Positions 10,364-20,595 of a stretch of 64,000 nt of DNA are shown here, in pieces (position 1 is the stretch's first letter; the number at the start of each line of letters is the position of its first letter). Position numbers and translations under genes: made by a program. The notes under the pieces are model-generated. The model ran no database searches, was not told where the DNA came from, and worked only from the letters and a program-made list of their open reading frames with translations. The DNA comes from Thermoprotei archaeon. Its GTDB lineage: Archaea; Thermoproteota; Thermoprotei; Thermoproteales; B15-G16. The stretch lies in NCBI GenBank assembly GCA_003649205.1, contig QMRC01000002.1, forward strand, positions 128,001-192,000, written 5' to 3'.

Positions 10364-10597
10364 ATGGTTGGTCGTGAATGCTTTCTTGAGAAGCAACTCG
10401 ATGATGGGCGTATCTTCGTAGATGCACTTAGGATTACACTAGTTACTCAGCTACCGATAGCGTTCGTGATAGCATTAGTCACGGAGTTTAGTCTTGAGTG
10501 TCTTACCTCTCTCATAGCCTTGGTAAGTGTGCTCTTAACAGTACTGACGGTAGAGGTTGAGAGGAGGAGTAAGTTACTTGTGGAATGGGGGGAGTAG
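10364..10597 (+). CDS. small membrane protein
   Basis: Two hydrophobic segments; GAGGT upstream. Confidence 0.5.
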   Translation: MVGRECFLEKQLDDGRIFVDALRITLVTQLPIAFVIALVTEFSLECLTSLIALVSVLLTVLTVEVERRSKLLVEWGE

Positions 10598-10600
10598 CTC

Positions 10601-10693
10601 GTGAGTAGACGTGACGAAGTTCTCGAGATAGTTGAGTATGTGGTAATTGGGTTAGCTGCCATAGCGATACTACTCATTGGATGGCTACTTTAA
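10601..10693 (+). CDS. 30-aa single-TM microprotein
   Basis: MSRRDEVLEIVEYVVIGLAAIAILLIGWLL; GGGGAG upstream; diverged copy at 13911-13963. Confidence 0.45.
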   Translation: MSRRDEVLEIVEYVVIGLAAIAILLIGWLL

Positions 10694-11259
10694 CTGCGAT
10701 AAGGTGGTACTGCGGTAGTTTCTGTTGAGGAGAATCACGTATGAGCTGTACCTAGGTCCTGCTTACTTCTTCTGTGCTGGCTTGGGAAAAGCTGACTAGG
10801 GTGGTGTACTGTAGTCATCAGGGTCTTCAGGATAGGTCTAGCTGACATCTTCTCAGGTAGAGATCTGGTGAATGTGGTCTCTGGCCTGTACCTGGTAATG
10901 TCTGTGTCAGGGACCATGCTTCACTGACTACCTGACAGCGTGCTGCATAAACTCTGGGGAAATTGCTCTCAAGTTGCTGAGGGTCAGCAGGTTAGAGGTG
11001 ATTCTAGCACTAGTCAAGTCCTTCGTCCTGAGTAACGCAGCTATGTAGCTCAAGTCCTAGTTCACCCTGCGAAAACCTCGAAAGGAGTGGGAAGAGCTTA
11101 GCAGGTCAGGACTCACTGACCTTTCCTAGGCAAGGCTTCGGAAGAATTGGTGAGCCCAGATCATGCTGGTAGCTCTGTACCTACGGTATTTCACTACGAA
11201 GCGTAGGATAACAGGCAGCTTAGTTAGCAAAGGGTAAAAGTTACTTCGCAGCATGGTTC

Positions 11260-11520
11260 TTGAGGGTTTCTCAGGTGACTGAACTCCGCATATCGTACGA
11301 TCCTGTTGCGGATGCCCTATACATACGGCTACGAGATGACAAGGTAGCTGATAGTGTAGAGATCTGTAGAGACATCATCATCGACTACAATGCTAAAGGG
11401 GAGGTTATTGGCGTTGAAATACTGAACTTCTCGAAGAAAGACAGAGAAGTAAATCTTAACGAAGTTGTGCTCAGGGGTATTGAGGTGCTTATAGCACGAC
11501 TTCAGGAAGTGAGAGAGTAG
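11260..11520 (+). CDS. DUF2283 family putative antitoxin
   Basis: ISYDPVADALYIRL...IIDYNAKGEVIGVEILN. Confidence 0.85.
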   Translation: MRVSQVTELRISYDPVADALYIRLRDDKVADSVEICRDIIIDYNAKGEVIGVEILNFSKKDREVNLNEVVLRGIEVLIARLQEVRE

Positions 11521-11765
11521 TCTACACGAAGCACGCACTTGAGAGAGCTAAGCAGAGAGGAATAGCACTTACTGAAGTTGAGGATTGTCTTCAGAGACCT
11601 GATGCAGTACTAAGTGAAGACGAAGTCAAGAAAGCGGTTAAGATTAAGAAACTCGACGATAAAGTCCTTGTAGTAGTCTACAGGGTTCTCAATAACAAAA
11701 TTCTCGTGATAACTGTTTACAAGTCGTCCAGAGTTAGGAAGTACTTTCAGGTACCTGGAGTGTGA
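11511..11765 (+). pseudogene. DUF4258 (RelE-like) toxin frame lacking a start codon
   Basis: RVVYTKHALERAKQRGI...LVVVY...ILVITVY; no ATG/GTG/TTG at the 5' end of the frame. Confidence 0.7.
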
Positions 11766-11919
11766 GCACGTAAGCTCTAAGCTTGGTACGTACTCGAGAC
11801 GGTACTACATTGTGCACTAGTTGTCGACGTAATGACATCTTGCTTGGTCTCAGTATAACTCAGTACCGCAACTTGAGGTGGTGTCGTGGGTGTGGATGAG
11901 GACTCCATACTCACCCTAC

Positions 11920-12336
11920 TCACTTAGCTTGTAGTTCCTGAAGTAGTTTCTCTGTGTTTACTGCTTCTGGATACCTCAGTAGGTCCTGATCTTCAGTAAC
12001 TAGCTTCATCCCGTGTACACGAGCCATGTAGAGGTAGGAGGCATCGTAGAAGGTCAGGTTCTCACTAACCGCTAGGTCCAAGACATTGTGGATCTCGGTC
12101 CCAAGTCTCAGTACACGTATGCTACCGAGGATGAACTCGAAGAGCTTAGCTACAGTAGCTAGGTCCCTGATTCTTCCTAGCCTGTACTCTTTCCACAGCG
12201 CATTACCCACCTCATAGATTGTCAGGTCAAGTACTGTAAATCTGTCTGCATACTCGAGGAATTTCTTCCTCAGTCTCAGTACTAGTGGGTAGATAGCTGA
12301 GGCATCGAGTAGGTACTGTGAAGACGTGTAGATCAC
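11920..12336 (-). CDS. vapC: VapC PIN-domain toxin
   Basis: LLDASA, YEVGNALWK, LTFYDASY, LVTED. Confidence 0.9.
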   Translation of the reverse strand: MIYTSSQYLLDASAIYPLVLRLRKKFLEYADRFTVLDLTIYEVGNALWKEYRLGRIRDLATVAKLFEFILGSIRVLRLGTEIHNVLDLAVSENLTFYDASYLYMARVHGMKLVTEDQDLLRYPEAVNTEKLLQELQAK

Positions 12337-12581
12337 CTCTCAAGTCTACTCTCCTTCACAGCACGTATCCACTCATCAACTGGTACATCCATGGACTGTA
12401 GAGCCTTCTCAAGAATCTCCTCAAATTGCCGGAGCTTTACCCTACGAATCTCTTCCTTCAGTGCTCTCTCAACAACCGCCCTGATGTCAATGCCCAACCT
12501 CTCAGCCTCCTCCTTAAGCTCACGACGTACTCGAACTGAGAGAACTACAGTAGACATGCTATAACCACAATCTATCCACAC
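12333..12581 (-). CDS. vapB: VapB-type antitoxin
   Basis: MSTVVLSVRVRRELKEEA; overlaps the vapC start. Confidence 0.85.
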   Translation of the reverse strand: MWIDCGYSMSTVVLSVRVRRELKEEAERLGIDIRAVVERALKEEIRRVKLRQFEEILEKALQSMDVPVDEWIRAVKESRLER

Positions 12582-12649
12582 ATGGCAAGTATATGAAGTT
12601 TCCGTATACGTGACTATGTGTCGTGATTACACGTGTAGACGTTACTCCA

Positions 12650-12863
12650 GTACACGCTGCATGGATCTAGTTCATACTCACTGTCGCTTCACTTCGTGTA
12701 GGTGTAGGACCCTCCTCCACAGCACATCGCATAGCTCATACAGTGCGACATCTAGTACATACTACACCCTGCACTTCCTGACTACTCTACAAACTCAGTC
12801 ACTACGCGCTTCAGTTAGGTGCAGTGCCGCTGTGGTAAAGGCTTCCAAGATTACTTGTCTCAA
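12650..12863 (-). pseudogene. degraded vapC
   Basis: MRQVILEA...LDVALYELCDVLWRRV with in-frame stops, coupled to the antitoxin 12860..13099. Confidence 0.6.
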
Positions 12864-13099
12864 CTACTTCCCCTCACGTCTTCGCGGATTAACTCAGCTG
12901 AGGACCTCACAGTACCTACTTTCTGTCTCAGCATCTCACGTAGTTCATCAACTTCACTAAGGATTTTCTCTCTAAGCAAAGACCTAACTCGTTCCTCGAG
13001 AAACTTCCTGACCTCCTCAGCCCAATCAATCTCCGAGAACTGCTCCATCAATTCCCTTAGCTTGCGATCAATGCGAACACTAAAGATGACAGTAGACAT
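12860..13099 (-). CDS. vapB: VapB-type antitoxin (toxin inactivated)
   Basis: MSTVIFSVRIDRKLRE..IDWAEEVRKFLEER..ELIRED. Confidence 0.8.
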   Translation of the reverse strand: MSTVIFSVRIDRKLRELMEQFSEIDWAEEVRKFLEERVRSLLREKILSEVDELREMLRQKVGTVRSSAELIREDVRGSS

Positions 13100-13158
13100 A
13101 GACAGACACCGTGGTCATCTACTGTAGACAACCTTAGAACCTCAGTTAAGTAGTTTCA

Positions 13159-13587
13159 TTGTTGTGTAGTGAGATTGTAGAGCTATTGTTTTGGTGCGTA
13201 GTGTTGCTGGGTAAGGTATGTAAGTTTGATGTTGGGTATTTCCTCGACTTGGGGTCATTTTGTGTGTGGATGGATTTTCCTTACTTCGTAGTTGCTGTTA
13301 TTGGCTTGATAATGTTTGTCTTAGGTATAGTCTTGTTCGTTTTGTTTACACCCTTAGTTATAGATGTTGTTAGTTTGATGGTTTTACTCGTGGGTATAGT
13401 CCTTTCAGCTACTTCTGTATTGAGTAATGTGACTAAGAATTACTTTGGTACAGCAATTGTAGGGCTAGGTAGGAGGTTTGAATCTTTGGAGAAGAGGTTT
13501 GATTCTTTAGAACGAGAGGTTAGAGGTGGTTTTACTTCTCTTGGGATGTTGCTTAAAGAGATTCGTGATGAATTACGTAGGCGATGA
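13159..13587 (+). CDS. two-TM membrane protein with short coiled coil (start probably MDFP near 13270)
   Basis: Hydrophobic hairpin followed by RRFESLEKRFDSLERE. Confidence 0.6.
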   Translation: MLCSEIVELLFWCVVLLGKVCKFDVGYFLDLGSFCVWMDFPYFVVAVIGLIMFVLGIVLFVLFTPLVIDVVSLMVLLVGIVLSATSVLSNVTKNYFGTAIVGLGRRFESLEKRFDSLEREVRGGFTSLGMLLKEIRDELRRR

Positions 13588-14056
13588 TGGGAAACGATGT
13601 TGATTATGTAGGGATGGGGTAGTCGAGATAGGTGTATGGTCCGTGAGGTATCTTGTCATTGGATTTCTTTCTCTGCATGTTTTTGTTTTTTCACTCCTTT
13701 CTGTGGGGTGCTCATTGTTTATTCTTGAGACTGTAGCTTGTTGATTTATGATGGTGTTCTGGGTGGGGATGTGGATGTAGTTAATTGCATAGAGCTTTGC
13801 TATGGTCATTGTTGTGGTTATTGATTGGTGTATGCGTGGGTGTTTTGTCCTTGTTGGGTTGGGAGGGTTTCCTGTGATTAGGTGTGGTGTGTTTCTCAGG
13901 GTAATTAAGCTATGTGTTAATTGGGTTAGCTGTTGTAGCTATACTACTTGTTGGGTGTTGCTTTGGTAGTGATTTAGGATTTAGCTATGAAAGTTCTTAG
14001 GAGCTTATTATGTTGTCTCTTAGGAGATAGTTCATGAAGGTGATTGGGGGCTGGTG

Positions 14057-14464
14057 TTAGAGTAGTAGTGTGGCTCCTGTTAGTTTGATGCCTTCTCTTG
14101 GGTCTAGTACTATTCCGTACTTGTCCATGGTGCCTGAACCTATGATTAGTTCAGGTAGTTTAACTTTACGTCCTTCAATCTCGATCTTCTCTACGAACTT
14201 ATCTACAATGAGTGCTGTTTCAGGTGGTAGTAACTCGATGTCGTCTATTATTATGGTTATTTGAGCGTACTTATCTGCTTCTGCAAATTCACCATTTACT
14301 AGGTAGAGCTTAATTGTTTTGGGGAGCTTCGTCCATTTAGGGCCAAAGTTCTTTTCGAAGAAGGTGCGCTGTATTACGGTATGGCTTGAACCTGTATCGA
14401 ATAGTGCGGTGCAGTGGGCTACTTTATCCATGAACTTGATCTTTATGTTCTTTAATGCGCGCAC
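14057..14464 (-). CDS. retropepsin-like aspartyl protease
   Basis: ALFDTGS and LIIG motifs. Confidence 0.8.
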   Translation of the reverse strand: MRALKNIKIKFMDKVAHCTALFDTGSSHTVIQRTFFEKNFGPKWTKLPKTIKLYLVNGEFAEADKYAQITIIIDDIELLPPETALIVDKFVEKIEIEGRKVKLPELIIGSGTMDKYGIVLDPREGIKLTGATLLL

Positions 14465-14638
14465 TTATTGGCACCACCTACATTGTGGTTGAAACTGTGG
14501 TTAATATTTCTTGAGTTGTCTTGAGTTGTGGTTCTGTGGGGTTTGTTTCCTTCTATGTGCTTGCTTAGCTTGGTTATGGTGGTTTGAAGGCTTGGTTAGG
14601 CGTTTGAAGGGGTGCTGTGCTAGGTTGGTGGTTCTTCT

Positions 14639-15991
14639 CTAGGTTTTGCTGACGATGCGTCTTGCTAATTTGTGGAATTTCTTCCTGTATACTGTGGTGA
14701 GTATTATTGATCTTGCGAGTAGGTCCACATCCATTGCTATCCATGCGCCTACGGGGCGGTTGCTTCTAGGTAGTAGCTCTGGTAGGGTGTAGGCTAGTGC
14801 GACGCGTATGGTGTAGAGACATGTTGCATTTATTATTGTTGGTACTATGGTGTTTCCTGCTCCGCGGACGGCACTTGAAGCGCTCATAGCTGCTCCTAGT
14901 GCTGGTTCGCTGATTCCTGCTAGGATCAGGTACATCATTGCTAGCTTACGGGTCTCCTCGTTATTTGTGAAGATTGTTGGGGTGTAGGGTGCTGTGAGTA
15001 TGAGTACTGTCCCCATGATGGTCATGAATAGGGTATTTACCTTTATGAGTTCCCACCCAATCTTCTTTGCTTCATCGAGATTTCCTTTACCAATGCTTTG
15101 ACCAACCATACTCGTCGTAGCAATGCCTATAGCGAAGGCAGGTAAGTAGGCAAAAGCTTCTATGCGTATACCTATTGTGTGGGCTGCTAGAGGTATCTCT
15201 CCGCACCTAGCAATAGCTCCTATGTACGCCATGTTTCCTAGTGCGAATACTAATCTCTCTATTGTTGCAGGTAGCCCTAGCTTGAAGACTGTCCACGCCT
15301 CTTTCCTAGGTATTAATGGTTTGATGGTGAAGGGTAGTCTACGTATGAAGGGTAGGTAAGCTAGTACGCTAAACCACGTAGCGATGAACGATGCCATTGC
15401 TGCACCGAGAACACCCATGGGTGGAATACCCAGTAGTCCGAAGATCAGTAGTGGATCGAGGATCAGGTTAGCTATGGCACTTGCAGAGGTAGCTATCATT
15501 GAGGGCTTGGTATCACCTGTAGCTCTGAAACCAGCACCGAGCACCATAGCGGCTGATAGCACTGGTAGCCCTAGAGCACGTACCTGTAGGTAGGTTGTTG
15601 CATCAGCTATGAGTTCAGGACTTACATTACCACCTGCTAGTAACCTCACAATATCCTCAGCTACTAAGATCACCAATGCCGTTGTTGTGGAAGTGAGTAG
15701 TATAGCTGACGTGAGGGATTCACCTAGGGCTTTGGACGCTCTATCGTATAACCTAGCACCGTAGGCCTGTGCAGCTACGATCATGGAGCCCATGTAGAAT
15801 AGTAGTGTAGAGACGAAGAAGATCCATGAAGCGTACCCCGCTAAACCCACAGCAGCTACAGCCTCATCACCTAGACGTGATACGAAGAACGTATCTGTAA
15901 TGAAGAGGAGGCTATCAACTGCTTCAGCGATCATCAATGGCCAAGCAATGTTCCAAGCTTTAGCTAGTACGCTTCTATCAATGATCGTCAT
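14639..15991 (-). CDS. MATE family efflux transporter
   Basis: DTFFVSRLG..AVAAVG, GDTKPSM, NLILDPLLIFG; about 12 TM. Confidence 0.95.
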   Translation of the reverse strand: MTIIDRSVLAKAWNIAWPLMIAEAVDSLLFITDTFFVSRLGDEAVAAVGLAGYASWIFFVSTLLFYMGSMIVAAQAYGARLYDRASKALGESLTSAILLTSTTTALVILVAEDIVRLLAGGNVSPELIADATTYLQVRALGLPVLSAAMVLGAGFRATGDTKPSMIATSASAIANLILDPLLIFGLLGIPPMGVLGAAMASFIATWFSVLAYLPFIRRLPFTIKPLIPRKEAWTVFKLGLPATIERLVFALGNMAYIGAIARCGEIPLAAHTIGIRIEAFAYLPAFAIGIATTSMVGQSIGKGNLDEAKKIGWELIKVNTLFMTIMGTVLILTAPYTPTIFTNNEETRKLAMMYLILAGISEPALGAAMSASSAVRGAGNTIVPTIINATCLYTIRVALAYTLPELLPRSNRPVGAWIAMDVDLLARSIILTTVYRKKFHKLARRIVSKT

Positions 15992-16287
15992 TTATGTCAG
16001 GGATAGAGGTATTGAGGATTATTAACCTTTGTCCATAACTCTACGAATCGCTTACAGATTTTAGTCTCTTCATGACTAGTCTATGAGTTTACGAGACCTC
16101 TAGTAAGGTATTACAAACGAAAATTCGTCTTCCCTAGCTTTTTAGTGAAGCTAAGTGGGGTAGCGTCTTCGATGTACTTAGACATAGGTAGTGCGGAAAT
16201 TGAGGTCGTTGTCTGGTATTTAAGGAGTATCTTGGGGTCTATCGAGTATTGAGGGGTCTTTTCCTTGGTCCTGTACTCTATTCCGTA

Positions 16288-16897
16288 CTATAGTTCTCCT
16301 CTTTCTGCGCGGAGTATTGCCTTGAGTGTGTAGGCTATTATCCAGAGTTTTGCTGCTTCGAAGCAACCATCTTCGAGGAACCAGCGATCTGCTATTTCCA
16401 TGACTTTATCTAGCTTCTTCAAGTCGATTTCTTTTGGGTCTTTTTCCTTGATTTCCTTTAGGACTTGCTTTATGAATTCAGCTTCTTCAGGTTTTAGTGG
16501 ATCTAGTTTATGTGTGAGCTTCGATTATTCTCCCTGCTTCTCTAATTAGGTACTCTCTTTCTTCTGGTGTGAAGATTTTCTTTAGGGTCATGAAGTCGAT
16601 GAGGTTGCTGTGTAGTGCACGAATGAGTTGTGCTGAGAAGAGGGAGCTTCTTCTAATTTCTGCTCTAAGTCTCTGCTCAAGTTCCTTAAATCTCTCATCA
16701 ATTTGCTCGAATCTCTTATCGATTTGACTAAACCTCTCTACAACGTGTCTGAATCTCTCATCTATTAGTTTGAGCCTAGTTTCGATTTCAGTAAACTTCT
16801 TACCGAGCCAGTAGGCTAGAGATGCGACTGATGCGATGACTGTAGTTACAGTACCCAGTAGTGTGATGAACCACTCCATCTTACTTTCACTAATCAC
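16288..16897 (-). pseudogene. frameshifted paralog of 21163..21720 (TM anchor + heptad repeats + helical domain)
   Basis: After the stop at 16508 another frame reads KLDPLKPEEAEFI...DGCFEAAKLWIIAYTLKAILRAERGEL, matching the paralog. Confidence 0.85.
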
Positions 16898-16929
16898 GTA
16901 TACGTACCTCGTTAAAGAGAGTTTCTGAG

Positions 16930-17330
16930 AGTACCGGTGTGACTTTGTATGTTTGCTGAGTACGTGAGAGAGGTCGTGTACTGGAGGTGGTGTAGCTTAT
17001 GTTAAGCTTATGTTATTTGGTATATTTGTTACTATGTCTATGTCACCGAGTAGCATCAACCTGTTACGTATGTCTTCACCTCTGGTAGCAACTCCTTTAC
17101 TGACTTTGCTAGGAGCTGAGCATGTTACCTCTACTTCCTCAGGTACTGTACTCTTCACCTAATCCATTCAAATCTCATTCTCGATATTCTCCAGGAGCTT
17201 CATCAACTTGATAGCTCTTCTCTCGTAAATGTTCTTCTTACTGTGTACCTAGTACCTACGTATGTTGCTTCAAGTAGAGTGAGTTAATAGCGTTTTCCTT
17301 AACAAACGTGTACCTGATAATCTTCATCAT
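16930..17330 (-). pseudogene. degraded HEPN-MNT pair
   Basis: Fragments LLEATYVGTRY (HEPN) and LAKSVKELLPEVKTYV..GDIDIV (MNT) in shifting frames. Confidence 0.55.
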
Positions 17331-17528
17331 GTCGATAACTAGTGAGTTCTAATACGTCTCCCCTACATATCAACTATAGTCACATTGAGATAGACACTAT
17401 GTGAATTCAGTAAGTAGTACACAACATCACTCTCATCAATGCAGACCTCACTAGAATTCCTTAAACTCTCTCACGATAACACGAGTAAATTCCACAAACA
17501 ACATAAGACATGGTACTAGGGTAAGGAT

Positions 17529-18536
17529 GTGGTGCTTATGATCGATCAAAGTACGAACTTCAAAATATACATCGAGGGTATAGGTAAGTGGATTAGCTTT
17601 GTTGATAGAGAGCGAGAGTTAAAGCAACTCATCAACCTAGCAACAAGAGGAAATCCATTCCCTATAGCCATATACGGACCTGAAGGTTGTGGAAAAACAA
17701 CACTACTGAAGTACTTGACCAAACAACTCAAACAACATGAAAACTACATAGCGATCTACATAGACGCACTAGAACAGCAAGATCTAGCGAAAGCCATAGC
17801 ATGCACACATCACGAACTATGGGAAGTAGTGACATCACTAGTCGCCATAACCCCTGTTGGAGAAAACCTAGCAAAATCAATCACCACAATACTTCGTAAA
17901 CTCCACGAAAAAATATCACTGAAAGGTAAGAAGGTAGTAGTCGTAGTAGATGATGTGTACAAAGCAATAGGACTCAACAATGTAGCAAGGTACACAAAAA
18001 TGCTCTATGAATGGGTTAATTACCTACACACAAACTTCAACGTAAGTACTGTGCTCTTCATACTAACAACGTCAGAAGGAGAATCGAAGAGAGAACTGTA
18101 TCGACACACCTACGTACACGTGTACATGATGTGGAACCTACCGAAGAAAGGACTTGAGGAACTAGCTAAGCAACTCGAAGCACCAATAGATATCGAAGCG
18201 CTGTGGAAACTAACAGGGGGGAACCCAAGAGCAGTAATAGACCTCGCAATACACAATTGGGATGTAGATAACTGGACGAAGTACATAGAACGAAAAGTAA
18301 CGTCAACAATACGCGACATAGATCCAAGAGAATTGAAGACCTTAGTAGAGGACCCAGATAGCAACTGGAGAATAGCTACCAAACTCGAAGAAAGAGGACT
18401 AATGATGGAACTCAACAGAGCACTAGTAATAGGAGAAGAACCAAACCCCAATCCAGAACTAGGTATAGGAAGAGAGTGGGCATGGCAATTACCAATCTAC
18501 AGACAAGTAATCGAGAAAATAGTAAGCAGTAAGTAA
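17529..18536 (+). CDS. archaeal AAA+ ATPase (ATPase_2 family)
   Basis: FVDRERE, GPEGCGKT, VVVDD, TSEG, TGGNPR. Confidence 0.9.
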   Translation: MVLMIDQSTNFKIYIEGIGKWISFVDRERELKQLINLATRGNPFPIAIYGPEGCGKTTLLKYLTKQLKQHENYIAIYIDALEQQDLAKAIACTHHELWEVVTSLVAITPVGENLAKSITTILRKLHEKISLKGKKVVVVVDDVYKAIGLNNVARYTKMLYEWVNYLHTNFNVSTVLFILTTSEGESKRELYRHTYVHVYMMWNLPKKGLEELAKQLEAPIDIEALWKLTGGNPRAVIDLAIHNWDVDNWTKYIERKVTSTIRDIDPRELKTLVEDPDSNWRIATKLEERGLMMELNRALVIGEEPNPNPELGIGREWAWQLPIYRQVIEKIVSSK

Positions 18537-18639
18537 GACAACACCTCTAAAACCTCAAATCCTGAAGAGCATCACAGCATCACTGTCAACAAACAAACTT
18601 AAGTCTTCGTCTACGTCAATTAATGTATGGTGTCTACGT

Positions 18640-18870
18640 ATGAGTGAGGTACTAAGTATACGGATTCCTCGTGAACTTAAGAAGAAGATGGAAGAGCTGA
18701 AGAATTTCGTCGATTGGAAACAAGAAATCATCAAGTTCCTGGAAGAACGTGTCAAGTACTACGAGAAGCAGCGTGTCCTTAAGGAAGTGAATGAAATCAT
18801 CAAGAGACATCCAAGACTCCCTAAGGGTACTGCTATAGAGCTCGTGAGGGAAGATCGTGATAGTCATTGA
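18640..18870 (+). CDS. vapB: VapB-type antitoxin
   Basis: MSEVLSIRIPRELK..VDW..VREDR. Confidence 0.85.
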   Translation: MSEVLSIRIPRELKKKMEELKNFVDWKQEIIKFLEERVKYYEKQRVLKEVNEIIKRHPRLPKGTAIELVREDRDSH

Positions 18871-19267
18871 TGCATCTGCACTAGCTAAGTACATCCTAGG
18901 AGAAGAGCAGTGGGAAACAGTAGCTCAGTACCTAGAGCAGGAGAGGGTACTCACACTAGGTATGGCATTAGTTGAGGTGCTAAACGTAGTGAGAAAAGCA
19001 GTACACATCCACAAACTACTCAGTAGGGATGTAGCACGTGAAAAGTACCTAGCACTAAAGAAACTCGTAGAGAATGAAGTCATAGAAGTGGAGAATGAGG
19101 TAAAGTACCTTGAAAAAGCCTTCAACCTTGCTCTCAGCACCGGGATTACCGTCTATGATGCACTATACATCGTACAGGCAATGGAACACAAAACACAACT
19201 ACTCACCAGCGACCGAGGACAAGCAGAAGTAGCAAAGAACCTCGGTGTAACAGCAGTAATCGTATAG
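18857..19267 (+). CDS. vapC: VapC PIN-domain toxin
   Basis: VIDASA, EVLN, TVYDALY, LLTSD. Confidence 0.9.
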   Translation: MIVIDASALAKYILGEEQWETVAQYLEQERVLTLGMALVEVLNVVRKAVHIHKLLSRDVAREKYLALKKLVENEVIEVENEVKYLEKAFNLALSTGITVYDALYIVQAMEHKTQLLTSDRGQAEVAKNLGVTAVIV

Positions 19268-19589
19268 CACTCAAACCCCCCTACACAGGACCCCACCAGC
19301 ACCCTACAGATCCAACCCAATACCTCAACACTCCAGCAACATTGATGCACTAGAGCATACTACTCACCCCCACCAATAACCAACTCATAGAAAGCAGAAC
19401 ACTGATTCTCAGAGCACCCTCAGAACAGAGTTACTCATGCTACCACCATCAAGATCTTACCCAACACACCACCCTCACCAAGCACATACACAAAGCACCT
19501 CAACCCCGAAACCAACGTCTCAACACAGGTAATTACTCTACCATACCTTTCCTCAATCTATGACTTGTTGACAAGATGTTCGTTGAACA

Positions 19590-19623
19590 TTTATAAGGCT
19601 CCGTGCTACGTAATGTGTCACGG
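19590..19623 (+). promoter_or_regulatory. TATA box plus inverted repeat, putative TA operator
   Basis: TTTATAA followed by CCGTG-N13-CACGG just before vapB. Confidence 0.45.
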
Positions 19624-19625
19624 GA

Positions 19626-19850
19626 TTGTGCATGAGTACTGTGATACATGTCCGTGTACCTAGGTATGTAAAGGAGAAACTTGAGAAGTATGGTGTGAAC
19701 ATATCGGAAGAGGTAAGGCGTTTCCTTGAAGAGAGATTACGTCAGTTAGAAGCTCAGAAACTAGTGGAGGAACTTAGGAAGCATCTCGAGAGTATGCCTA
19801 AGGTAGGTGATAGTGTTCCACTAATTCGTGAAGATCGTGAAACTCGCTAG
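19626..19850 (+). CDS. vapB: VapB-type antitoxin
   Basis: MSTVIHVRVPRYVKEKLEKYGVNISEEVR..IREDR. Confidence 0.85.
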   Translation: MCMSTVIHVRVPRYVKEKLEKYGVNISEEVRRFLEERLRQLEAQKLVEELRKHLESMPKVGDSVPLIREDRETR

Positions 19851-19856
19851 CAACAT

Positions 19857-20285
19857 ATGGCTGTACTAGACTCATCATTCATCGTGAAACTAGTTATTCA
19901 CGAACCGTACAGCGAAGAAGCACTTAATCTCTTCAGGAAACTCACTACATCTGGAGAGAAGCTACGTACACCATGCATAGCTCTAGCTGAGGTCCTCAAT
20001 GCTATCTGGAAACATACTGTACTACTCAAAGATCTTGATCAGAGTCAGGTAGGGAATGTACTTAGGTACCTAACTTCTCTCTGGCGATTACTTCATGTTC
20101 ACCCAATCGATGAACTTGCTGAGAATGCTCTAAATGTAGCCACTAGGTTAGCAATTACAGTATACGACGCATTCTACATAGTCCTAGCACTACAGTACAG
20201 AGAAGTGCTCTACACCTTTGACAGAAAGTTAGCAGCTAAGGCGAAGGAGGTAGGTGTAGAGACTGTGGTACCATCTGAGTCTTAA
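19857..20285 (+). CDS. vapC: VapC PIN-domain toxin
   Basis: VLDSS, EVLNAIWK, TVYDAFY, YTFD. Confidence 0.9.
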   Translation: MAVLDSSFIVKLVIHEPYSEEALNLFRKLTTSGEKLRTPCIALAEVLNAIWKHTVLLKDLDQSQVGNVLRYLTSLWRLLHVHPIDELAENALNVATRLAITVYDAFYIVLALQYREVLYTFDRKLAAKAKEVGVETVVPSES

Positions 20286-20390
20286 TTGGGACTACCTCCT
20301 AAAACCATACAGGTAACTCACCTTAGAGGTTAGGGAGAGAGACTGAGTAAGCTTGCTCTTGTCACTAGTACCTTAAGTACCTACCTCAAT

Positions 20391-20440
20391 TGTTGAGAGA
20401 GCACTAGAGGGAGAGATTCGTAGAGTTAGACTTCGGCAAA
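20391..20440 (+). pseudogene. fragment of a vapB copy
   Basis: VERALEGEIRRVRLRQ versus VERALKEEIRRVKLRQ in 12333..12581; nucleotide similarity visible. Confidence 0.6.
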
Positions 20441-20444
20441 TTCA

Positions 20445-20590
20445 GTATCTTTGGTTGTTACTCTATCACCTATGACATCTGGTTTCTCGGCTATGGTGAT
20501 GTATACGAGGTTCTTGATGGTACCTATGTCGAGTAGGGTTTGTACTTTGGCTTTACTGTCCTTTACTGGAGATACTGTGCCTATTATCAT
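20445..20590 (-). pseudogene. retropepsin-like N-terminal remnant
   Basis: MIIGTV...KVQTLLDIGT resembles the LxDTG motif. Confidence 0.35.
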
Positions 20591-20595
20591 CTGGT

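Noticed and set aside
10735-11250. Possible structured RNA or gene remnant
   Set aside because: Only short broken frames and no convincing stems or boxes
17280-17332. ATGATGA C-box-like motif on the minus strand
   Set aside because: No properly spaced D' or D boxes; lies within the HEPN remnant
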